This document shows, piece by piece, positions 8,292 through 16,560 of a stretch of 64,000 nucleotides of DNA. Positions within the stretch are counted from its first letter, which is position 1; the number at the start of each line of letters is the position of its first letter. A model generated the notes under the pieces. The model was not told where the DNA came from and did no database searches. It saw only the letters and a list, made by a program, of their open reading frames with translations. The position numbers and the translations under genes were made by a program. This stretch comes from Sulfolobales archaeon (GTDB lineage: Archaea > Thermoproteota > Thermoprotei_A > Sulfolobales > NBVN01), in NCBI GenBank assembly GCA_038831135.1, contig JAWBKW010000001.1, positions 5,614-69,613 on the forward strand, read 5' to 3'.

Positions 8292-9477
8292 CGGATACGC
8301 AGATCTCCCACTTCATACAGGTCACGTACCGCACTGGCTTGCTGAACTTATGAAATCGCTTGCTAAGGAAATAATTAAGACCTTAATTATGGAGTTCGGT
8401 AATGAGGGACTCCTTAGAAGGCTTTCTAACCCGTTATGGTTTCAAGCATTCAACAACGTAATAGGTATGGATTGGGATAGCAGTGGCTCAACAACAGTTA
8501 CTACCTCAATAATTAAACACGTGCTTAATGAGTTAAACCTTGATGTTAGAATTGCAGGCGGTAAGGGTCAGACATCATTAAGTACACCTCAAGAAATATC
8601 AAGATATGTGGAGGAGTTAGGTGGCAGCACCTCATTAATTAATGAGATGGTTAGATACTCCAAACTATCTGCTAAGGTCGATAGCGTATTACTCCAAGAC
8701 GGATTCATTCTCTATCACCACGCGATAGCTTTCGACACAAGCGGTAGGTGGGTTGTAATACAGCAAGGTATGAATGCGGAAAATAAACTTGCACGTAGGT
8801 ACCACATAGCTTGGTTCACAACAAACACAATAGACGAAGAACCTCATTCAGGTATATCATCAAACCATAAGGGTGAGGTACTTAATTTAACAGATATAGA
8901 ATCTAGGAGATGTAAAAAAGTAATCTTAGACTTAGTTAATGAAGAACCTAGGAAATTAGTTACTGCGGTGTACGAAGTAAATAGAACCTTAAAGAACATA
9001 AGAACTTTATACTCATATACATCACTTAGAGAAAATCAGAAGCAAGACACAAACATACCATACAACCGTAACATCCCTTATTATAGACCGATAAGGATTG
9101 ATAAGACGTTTATAGCTAAGTTAAGAAAAGCTTATGAGGTAAGACCTTCAACCATTGAAGATATGTTACTAATATCGCAGTTAGGGGGTGAGGTTGTCAG
9201 AGCTTTAAGTTTGATTTCCGAATTAATATATAGAGAACCTCCCTCACTTAAGGATCCTGTCACTCATCCATATGATCCGTTCAAATACGCTTTTGCTGTA
9301 GGTGGTAAGGACGGAATCCCCTTCCCAGTTAAGAGAGAGCTCATGGTTAGCGTCATTAAGGAGTTAGAGGAAGTGGTTAAGGACGCTGAATTAGGCAATA
9401 AGGAGATGTTAATTGCTTTAAGAGCTCTCAGTAGGCTTGCGCCAAAAGAGTTTTACCTAGAGAGCTCCATAACATGA
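8281..9477 (+). CDS. DUF763-like conserved hypothetical protein
   Basis: 398 aa. The N-terminal ADLPLHTGHVPHWL motif is one I associate with the DUF763 family. The start overlaps the NfeD stop by 11 nt. Confidence 0.5.
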   Translation: MSLSGYADLPLHTGHVPHWLAELMKSLAKEIIKTLIMEFGNEGLLRRLSNPLWFQAFNNVIGMDWDSSGSTTVTTSIIKHVLNELNLDVRIAGGKGQTSLSTPQEISRYVEELGGSTSLINEMVRYSKLSAKVDSVLLQDGFILYHHAIAFDTSGRWVVIQQGMNAENKLARRYHIAWFTTNTIDEEPHSGISSNHKGEVLNLTDIESRRCKKVILDLVNEEPRKLVTAVYEVNRTLKNIRTLYSYTSLRENQKQDTNIPYNRNIPYYRPIRIDKTFIAKLRKAYEVRPSTIEDMLLISQLGGEVVRALSLISELIYREPPSLKDPVTHPYDPFKYAFAVGGKDGIPFPVKRELMVSVIKELEEVVKDAELGNKEMLIALRALSRLAPKEFYLESSIT

Positions 9478-9545
9478 CTTGTCCACATCTTCTAAAACCT
9501 TTTAATTTAATAAGCTTGAGCATCCTGATATTGTGGTGACGTTAA

Positions 9546-10601
9546 TTGCTAAAAGGTGATTTGCTGGAGTTCGTCAGAAATGAAGTTAAGGGTGTTATAT
9601 ACCATAGCTGTATTTTAGATGAGATTAAATTAGGTGGTAGGAACTATCCTAGAAGCGGTAAATATCTTATAGAAATAGATGAGCAACAACTAGATGAATT
9701 ATACCTTACTATAGTGGCTGTGCTCAATGAACCAGTAAATAAGGTCGTGTGGAAGGTAGGTGTTGATGGATTAAATATTACTCGTGAATTCAAACCTCAG
9801 ATAATTAATGAATCATCTATAGGTAGTATCTACACTACTCATGTATTTGATTTAAGCAAGATAGTTAAGGGAGGTAAATCATATACTTTAACAATATCAT
9901 GTGATTCCTCAAAACCTATAGTCATAAATGGTTTAGAATTAGTTGGTACAAGGAAGGTTGGTGATGTGTTGACTGAGGTAGTTTATAAAGCCGGTTGTGT
10001 GTTGCTTAACCCATCAGAGACTTACTTCATCAAATCAACCTTCTCAAAGGAAGGACCCTACAACATCTCCCTCTTCATGAATTTACCATCAAGAAACGCG
10101 TTAGTGGATATAACTTTAAATGATTCATTCATTAAGACTTTAAATAATTTACTAGGATTAAATAGCGTTCAATTATCTGATGTTTATTTGTTGAAGGAAA
10201 ACATCCTAGCTATTAAACATAGAGACACCGTTGAGATGTACCACCCAAGATTCGTAGGGATATATTCAGTACTTAAGTATAACGTTAGTTGTAGAGGTCC
10301 TGAAATCAACATGACCTTAGAGGAGATCTCATGCAGTAATGACTCATGTAAAGCCGTAGTAAATATTAAAAATGAAGGTGATATCGTATGCGATAACGTC
10401 ATGCTCGTCGGTTTCTCAACCGGAAACATGATACTACGTGATTTGATTCCATCGATAAAGCCTGGCGAGGAAATACGTAAGTGTTATAATATAAATACTA
10501 AAGGAATAGATAACAGGTTAGTTATAAAAGTTGTTTATAGGAAATTCGGCAAACAGATAATTAGTGAGGCAAAGTTAGCAATACCTTTCAACAGGTCTTA
10601 A
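9546..10601 (+). CDS. Hypothetical protein (beta-rich, possible C-terminal Ig/CARDB-like domain)
   Basis: 351 aa with a TTG start. No signal peptide or catalytic motif recognised. The C-terminal segment AVVNIKNEGDIVCDNVMLVGF is reminiscent of CARDB-type domains. Confidence 0.35.
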   Translation: MLKGDLLEFVRNEVKGVIYHSCILDEIKLGGRNYPRSGKYLIEIDEQQLDELYLTIVAVLNEPVNKVVWKVGVDGLNITREFKPQIINESSIGSIYTTHVFDLSKIVKGGKSYTLTISCDSSKPIVINGLELVGTRKVGDVLTEVVYKAGCVLLNPSETYFIKSTFSKEGPYNISLFMNLPSRNALVDITLNDSFIKTLNNLLGLNSVQLSDVYLLKENILAIKHRDTVEMYHPRFVGIYSVLKYNVSCRGPEINMTLEEISCSNDSCKAVVNIKNEGDIVCDNVMLVGFSTGNMILRDLIPSIKPGEEIRKCYNINTKGIDNRLVIKVVYRKFGKQIISEAKLAIPFNRS

Positions 10602-10727
10602 TTCGCAAATGAACCTACGGTCGAGCATAATTCGAATATTCTAATAAAGGTAATTCCTTAACCAGCAAGTTATGCTTACCTAACTCAACATGGGTTAGTA
10701 CTAGATCAACGCCTCGTGGATTGGTGG

Positions 10728-11654
10728 TTAAACCTCAACGTATATCTTCATTAGCAGATCTGCTAGAAACGCCATTATCCCAACAAACATAGCTACCTTA
10801 GTGTAGCTTCTGAGTGATGCAGATGCTTTAATGATGTCAGGCTCGGAGCGCGCCCTAACCAGCTTAATAATCGAATATAATAGTAGGGTATCAGTAACGG
10901 TTACTAGGGCTAGATAAGTAATTCCATACATGTTTGATAAGTAGGGGTACGGTGAGAACATCACTATAAAAACCATTAACGCTAATGATATTTGCGACGC
11001 GTATTTAACGCCTTTAGTGGTAGCTAACGTCTTAACACCTCTTTTGGAATCCCCTATTACATCTTCTACACCCTTTATTATCTCTCTCATGAATGTGAAT
11101 CCGAAGGCATATAATGCTGGAATTAATGTATACGTTACTAAAGTAATTTCTCTACAAATCTCTGAGAGCGCTAAACCACCGAATATAATTGAATTAGCGC
11201 TTGCAACGCTAATTGCTAAGTTACCTATTACTCCCTCTTTCTTTAATTCCTTAGAATAAGCGATCAGTAATAACCCGTTAAAGATCGCGTAGAAGAATGT
11301 AATTAACCCTATAGTAAGTGACAGAGTTACACCTATAATCATTAAGATCAGGCTTAGGATTAATGCTTCATTCCTATTAACTCGACCCGAAGGTATAGGT
11401 CTTGAAGGTTTATTAATGGCATCTATCTCAGCATCGTAATAGTCGTTGATGACGTACCCTCCTCCAGCAACGAGGATGACGGTAATCACTGGAATTATAA
11501 CTGAAGCTAGATCTATACATGCACGATTACTTACTACTACATAAACTGCATTAAATCCTAAGAAGGTAGCCATTGCGGAAACCAGGAGATTATGAATCCT
11601 TAATATCTCAACAAATCCACTTAGTCTCCATATAAATCCACTCATATCAATCAC
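10728..11654 (-). CDS. UbiA-family prenyltransferase, likely digeranylgeranylglyceryl-phosphate synthase
   Basis: 308 aa polytopic membrane protein. First Asp-rich motif NDYYDAEIDAINKPSRPIPSG (NDxxDxxxD...RP), as in archaeal lipid DGGGP synthases. Confidence 0.65.
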   Translation of the reverse strand: MIDMSGFIWRLSGFVEILRIHNLLVSAMATFLGFNAVYVVVSNRACIDLASVIIPVITVILVAGGGYVINDYYDAEIDAINKPSRPIPSGRVNRNEALILSLILMIIGVTLSLTIGLITFFYAIFNGLLLIAYSKELKKEGVIGNLAISVASANSIIFGGLALSEICREITLVTYTLIPALYAFGFTFMREIIKGVEDVIGDSKRGVKTLATTKGVKYASQISLALMVFIVMFSPYPYLSNMYGITYLALVTVTDTLLLYSIIKLVRARSEPDIIKASASLRSYTKVAMFVGIMAFLADLLMKIYVEV

Positions 11655-11851
11655 CTATTAAAGCACTTCCCAATTACTAAGTATTTATTTGAAGCCTTTA
11701 TTAAATTAAGACCGCAGATTTTCTCTTCTATAGAACAATAATTACTTGATTACGCGATTACCCAAAACTTAATAATTGATGATTCCTTAGCATACGTAGT
11801 AGTTAAAAATTAAAATTTAGTGTGATAACGTATTAAGTGTTGATGTAAGGT

Positions 11852-12241
11852 ATGAATTCCTCTAAAAGGAGGTTCGGCGTTGCGCTCTCTTCAGAACTTG
11901 CTGATGAATTAGACAACATCGTCAGAAGTTTTAGTGTTGATAGGTCTAAGGTCGTTGAGCATGCTATTAAAGGATTCATAACAGAGTTCGTACATTATAG
12001 AAAGCCTCATAGGTGTACTGGGGTCTTAGTACTCTTCAACCGTGAGCATGATATTACCTCAACCACTAACCTTATCGATGAGTATAAGGATATAATCCTT
12101 GCTTACACTCACCAACATATAAGCACGTACTGTATAGAGGTTCTGATAGTTAATGGAGACTCAGCAACAATAGCTGATCTACATCATAAGGCATTGAAGA
12201 ACAAGTATAGATGTAGGTATGTACCTCTAGACTACAAGTGA
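11852..12241 (+). CDS. nikR: NikR-like metal-responsive ribbon-helix-helix regulator
   Basis: 129 aa. N-terminal RHH (RRFGVALSSELADELDNIV...RSKVVEHAI) and a C-terminal ACT-like domain with His/Cys ligand candidates (HRC, HQH, CIEV). Confidence 0.65.
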   Translation: MNSSKRRFGVALSSELADELDNIVRSFSVDRSKVVEHAIKGFITEFVHYRKPHRCTGVLVLFNREHDITSTTNLIDEYKDIILAYTHQHISTYCIEVLIVNGDSATIADLHHKALKNKYRCRYVPLDYK

Positions 12242-12317
12242 GAGGTTACGTGTTTAAGTTCTGCATTTTACTAAGGAGTAATAATTAAATTATTTCAAGT
12301 AAGCAGATTTGTCGGTG

Positions 12318-12566
12318 ATGGAAACGTCTAAAACTAAGCATAAGTGCTGTGTATGTGGTAAGGTATATCCTGAGGGTCAAGGAATTACTTTAGTAGTAGA
12401 TGATGAAGTAGTAACGCTTCATAGTAGAAGATGCGCTGTTAAATTCCTAAAATCATTGCTAGATGAATTAGAACCAACCACTTCGAAAGAAGTTATCAAG
12501 AAAGTTAAGAAGGAATTCGACGAAATTCTAAGTAAGCGAGCTTTAAGCACTTCTAAGAAGATATAG
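12318..12566 (+). CDS. L24e/TRASH-like zinc-binding small protein
   Basis: 82 aa from the ATG at 12318; the track start is a TTG at 12309. CCVCGKVYPEGQGITLVVDDEVVTLHSRRCAVKF resembles the CxxC...C fold of L24e/TRASH domains. Basic C-terminal tail. Confidence 0.4.
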   Translation: METSKTKHKCCVCGKVYPEGQGITLVVDDEVVTLHSRRCAVKFLKSLLDELEPTTSKEVIKKVKKEFDEILSKRALSTSKKI

Positions 12567-12593
12567 TTAGTAGCAATTGTTTCGTACTTTTTG

Positions 12594-13433
12594 TTAGATC
12601 TCACGTAATGCTTTGATGATGTTTTCTCTAAATAAGAGTCCCGCCAGAAATCCTTCAGAGTTTATTACTGGCAAACAGCTTATCCTATTCTTAATCATGA
12701 TGTCGGATGCTCTAGCTAGGTCCTCATCCTCCTTAACAGTAATAGGGTTACGTATCATGATATCAGAAGCTATTAGAAATGAATGAGTTTTAAGTAAATC
12801 ATAACGCACTCTAAAGTCCCTACGTACATCTCTAAATATCGCTGAGCCCGAACCAGCACCTAACAATATGTCAAGTACGTCACCACTAGTTATAATTCCT
12901 ACAGGTCTATCCTCATCAATTACAACTAATTTCTTTAACTCTGATTGAAGTAACACATCAATTACATAGTATATGCTGTGATTTGGTGAGACAGTAGAAG
13001 GGTTCTTAATCATAAAGTCCGATACCTTAAACATGTTATGGAACTTACTTGAAAACGCTTTTAATATATCGTATTTAGTTATTATTCCTACGAGCCTATC
13101 GTTATTATCTATTACTGGTAAAGAACCTAATTCATGTCTGAGCATGAATTGAGCAACTGATTTTAATGTCTTATTAGGTGATATGGCATATACCGGCGTC
13201 GTCATTATTTCATTAACAGTTATCGTATCAAGTGGTTTAATATATCTCTTACGATTGAAGACTATCTTAGTGAAGTCGCTTTTACAAACTATACCGATCA
13301 CTCTACCGTGTTCGGTTATAACCACTCTACCAATTTTATGTGTCAGCATTAAATTCCTCACATGTGTTAGCGGGTCTTCCTTATCAGCAGTTATCACTGG
13401 AGAACTCATATATGATGATACCTTAGGGACCAT
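12594..13433 (-). CDS. CBS-domain protein (four CBS repeats)
   Basis: 279 aa. Repeated CBS patterns (MSSPVITA...HKIGRVVIT, MTTPVYAI...GSLPVID, MIKNPSTV...KKLVVID, MIRNPITV...SCLPVIN). Confidence 0.8.
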   Translation of the reverse strand: MVPKVSSYMSSPVITADKEDPLTHVRNLMLTHKIGRVVITEHGRVIGIVCKSDFTKIVFNRKRYIKPLDTITVNEIMTTPVYAISPNKTLKSVAQFMLRHELGSLPVIDNNDRLVGIITKYDILKAFSSKFHNMFKVSDFMIKNPSTVSPNHSIYYVIDVLLQSELKKLVVIDEDRPVGIITSGDVLDILLGAGSGSAIFRDVRRDFRVRYDLLKTHSFLIASDIMIRNPITVKEDEDLARASDIMIKNRISCLPVINSEGFLAGLLFRENIIKALREI

Positions 13434-13497
13434 AAACCATCACCAACTAATTTAGCCATTATCCTATATTTATTTAGAGCTCTAATATTTTAATTCG

Positions 13498-15432
13498 TTA
13501 TTTTGGCACTAATTTACTCACTCTACTCGGTCCTGGTATCTTAAGGACTAATTCATTTAAGTCTATGTATCTTAACCTTTTATCGTTACTTACGAAGAAC
13601 TCAACTAATTTTTTGGCAATGATTTCCTTCTTCTCTGTTCCCGGACATAATAACACGTAATACTTACATTTACTGAATATATAGTCTTCAGGACCCACTA
13701 ATACCTTATAATATTTATCATCAATTATTGAGATACCTAAGGCTAATTCCAGCTTCACATTTCTTATGTAGTTTTTCTCACCGTAGATCATAAATGAACC
13801 GGGAGCTAAGTACTCACCAGCAGGCGCCTTCTTACTTACTTGCCTTCCATAAACCCAGAAGACATCTAGGCTTCCAAAACCTTCCTTCCACCCTTTACTA
13901 TAGCAGGCAGCTAATGTAGCCACTTCAAATAAGGTGTTTTCTGTAGTTTTTCCCCCACCTGATTTTAGTATAAATACGGGAGCTCCGACTATATCAGCAT
14001 GCATGAATATATCATCATCGTTGAGGTACTTCCTTACTAGCTTCTCGTTTTGACTAGAGTCTCTACCACCCAACGCCAGATAACCTTCAGATGTGATGAT
14101 CCAGTGATATTTATCGTACCAATCTACTTTCTTTGATATTGGTGGTGCACTAAGCGATTCCTTCTCAACTAGTAGAGAGCTTCTCTTACTCAGCGCTTCT
14201 TCGATAACCTCGTTAACTTTCTTAATCTTATCCTCAAAATCTTTTATCTGCATCTTAATCTTTATCAAGTAATTATTAACTCCTTCTCTTACGTTAAGCT
14301 CTATAGGGATGCCATTAATGTTCACTATAAATGTTCCTCTACTTCTATCATAGCTTGATGTACCGCAAGAATTAACATGCTCCCAACCATATTTCTTGAC
14401 TGCATCCCAGACACACCTATATATCTCTTCCAAGGTGTTATAATTTAATGAGACAATGTCGTGAATTGTTTTAAGTTCATCTAATTTCTTAGTATAATTA
14501 TTTAATTCAACCTTAAGGTCGACGATTAATTTCTCAATTCTAGCTAATTCATCATTTAACGATTTAGAGTCTTGAGTGATAACCTCAGTAGCAAATAATT
14601 TAAGAAAGTACTCATCAACTGCCTCATTAAAACTCTCAAACGGAAGGACGCTTAGAGATTCCTTAAATGTTGTAGGTTTGAAGGGGAGGAATGAAACGTA
14701 ATTACCGTCTTTAGTGATGATCACCGGTTCCGGATTTTCAATAACATTATTTACAAAACGTACTATCTTGTCCCTAATTCCTGATGTTATAGCCTCAGAT
14801 ATAGTAACCTTCTCATAGCTATCTTTTAGTACTTCATTAACTATCTCAGGCGGTATCCCTAACCCCCTTATCAGACCTCGTTGCAGGTTATCGTACTTAA
14901 TTAATGCCTCAAACCATTCTTGAACACTCAACACTCTAAAGTCTTTGTAGATTGGTGGTAAAGTATAGGTCCTCCCTATGATGACCTTTCTATCCTTAAC
15001 TTTAAGCTCTTTAGTAGTAATTAATACCCTATCTTCGGAATCTACTAGCGATGCTATTCCGCGAGGTATTAATTCCACATAGAGATTATAGGTATTCTCT
15101 CTACCTTCAAGTTCTATAACAGCGATCCTCTCAAACTCTACTTGCTTAATATTTCTTACTTTTAAGTTATTCAGATATCTTCTAAACAGAGATGTTTTAC
15201 CTGAAACTTGAAGCCGAGATACGGTCTTAGTGACATGGAGTCTCTCAGCAGGTTTCAGAAGTAGGTATAGGGTTTCAGCAGGGTTCCTCAACTTTAGTAT
15301 AAGGCTGCCCACCGCATCATTATAAACATTATCTATATATGAATTTACTATCTTATCCTTTAATTCTTTTATTATAACTGCTAAATCAAGAGAGCTGAAA
15401 GCCTTCTTCATGGGCAAATCTTTACTTGACAT
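13498..15432 (-). CDS. NFACT/Rqc2-family protein (FbpA N-terminal domain + DUF814), ribosome quality control homolog
   Basis: 644 aa. NFACT-N-like N-terminus, central coiled coil and a C-terminal NFACT-R/DUF814 segment (DDIFMHADIVGAPVFILK). Confidence 0.8.
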   Translation of the reverse strand: MSSKDLPMKKAFSSLDLAVIIKELKDKIVNSYIDNVYNDAVGSLILKLRNPAETLYLLLKPAERLHVTKTVSRLQVSGKTSLFRRYLNNLKVRNIKQVEFERIAVIELEGRENTYNLYVELIPRGIASLVDSEDRVLITTKELKVKDRKVIIGRTYTLPPIYKDFRVLSVQEWFEALIKYDNLQRGLIRGLGIPPEIVNEVLKDSYEKVTISEAITSGIRDKIVRFVNNVIENPEPVIITKDGNYVSFLPFKPTTFKESLSVLPFESFNEAVDEYFLKLFATEVITQDSKSLNDELARIEKLIVDLKVELNNYTKKLDELKTIHDIVSLNYNTLEEIYRCVWDAVKKYGWEHVNSCGTSSYDRSRGTFIVNINGIPIELNVREGVNNYLIKIKMQIKDFEDKIKKVNEVIEEALSKRSSLLVEKESLSAPPISKKVDWYDKYHWIITSEGYLALGGRDSSQNEKLVRKYLNDDDIFMHADIVGAPVFILKSGGGKTTENTLFEVATLAACYSKGWKEGFGSLDVFWVYGRQVSKKAPAGEYLAPGSFMIYGEKNYIRNVKLELALGISIIDDKYYKVLVGPEDYIFSKCKYYVLLCPGTEKKEIIAKKLVEFFVSNDKRLRYIDLNELVLKIPGPSRVSKLVPK

Positions 15433-15497
15433 CTTACTACCTAATAGGTACAGAACTACTTAAATATGTTTGATTTAAGTTAATTAGGGTATAGTGG

Positions 15498-15764
15498 ATG
15501 GATATAGTGACGCTTAAAGCAATATATGGAGTGATTTCTGGAGTTATACTATATTTTCTAACGTTCTTCTTCACAGCATTTTTACCGGCGTTTAAGGATT
15601 TAGTATTAATTGTTGCATACATCTCACTATACGTGGGCTACATACCTTTAATGAACATCTTAAATATACAACATAAGAAACATCTAACTAAAGGTATTGC
15701 AGTTTATTATTCTATTTCGTTCCTGACATGGGTTATTATTTACGACATAGTACCAATACGGTGA
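15498..15764 (+). CDS. Hypothetical small membrane protein
   Basis: 88 aa with three predicted hydrophobic helices. No motif. Confidence 0.3.
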   Translation: MDIVTLKAIYGVISGVILYFLTFFFTAFLPAFKDLVLIVAYISLYVGYIPLMNILNIQHKKHLTKGIAVYYSISFLTWVIIYDIVPIR

Positions 15765-15774
15765 TATCTGCCCC

Positions 15775-16335
15775 TTGAGGGATATAGAACTGAATGAGGT
15801 TAGAGATTGTATTACTTGGTATAATGCTTTATCAAGTAGTTACGATGAGCTATACGGGGAGGAACAGAGGATTAAGTATAAGAAGATCTTAAAACATCTA
15901 CGTAAAGACTTGGGAGCAGTTCTCGATGTTGGCTGTGGGACTGCGACTCTATTAGAGTACCTCATGGATTCTGGGTATAGGGTATTACGTTATACATGTA
16001 TAGATGTCAGCGATAAAATCATTGAAATCGCTTCTAAGAAGTTTATAAGCAACAGGTATGGAACTGTTTTAACAGATTTTATAGTAGCAGATCTCACATT
16101 TCCGCCTTTTAGGGTTGGAAACTTATTCGATTTGATAACTATGATTACTGTATTGAGAGAAAACTATAACGTATCTAACATAATTAATAATTACTTAGAT
16201 AAGGTTAAGGAGGAGGGCTACTTGGTATACACCGTAATTAGGAAAGGATTAAGAAGTGATGAGTTAAGATATGAAGAATTCTTTATAGTGAATAATTCAG
16301 GTAAATCTTTAGAGACACAATGCATTAGTAATTGA
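15775..16335 (+). CDS. Class I SAM-dependent methyltransferase
   Basis: 186 aa with a TTG start. Motif I VLDVGCGTATLLEYL, followed by an acidic post-I residue (CIDVS). Confidence 0.7.
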   Translation: MRDIELNEVRDCITWYNALSSSYDELYGEEQRIKYKKILKHLRKDLGAVLDVGCGTATLLEYLMDSGYRVLRYTCIDVSDKIIEIASKKFISNRYGTVLTDFIVADLTFPPFRVGNLFDLITMITVLRENYNVSNIINNYLDKVKEEGYLVYTVIRKGLRSDELRYEEFFIVNNSGKSLETQCISN

Positions 16336-16560
16336 TTTATTCAATATTATTGAGTTGTCGTATTCCTTAGTAAGGGATTTACTTAAATATTTATTTCCTT
16401 TAGATCTTCCTGTTAAGTCTCTAAATAGTAATGTTGGTGCGTTCTTAACTCTGAAGCCGGTATAACATATTTCTATGTTCGAGGCTTATTCGGTCTAAGG
16501 GAATCTTATTTTAGTTAGGGCGCAATAATTATGTTTCAGATTAATGTATTAGGTATTGCC

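Noticed and set aside
11770-11850. TTGATGA ... TGTGATA ... TTGA string upstream of nikR as a C/D sRNA
   Set aside because: There are no proper D or D' boxes and the linker is 22 nt. It is more likely AT-rich promoter sequence.
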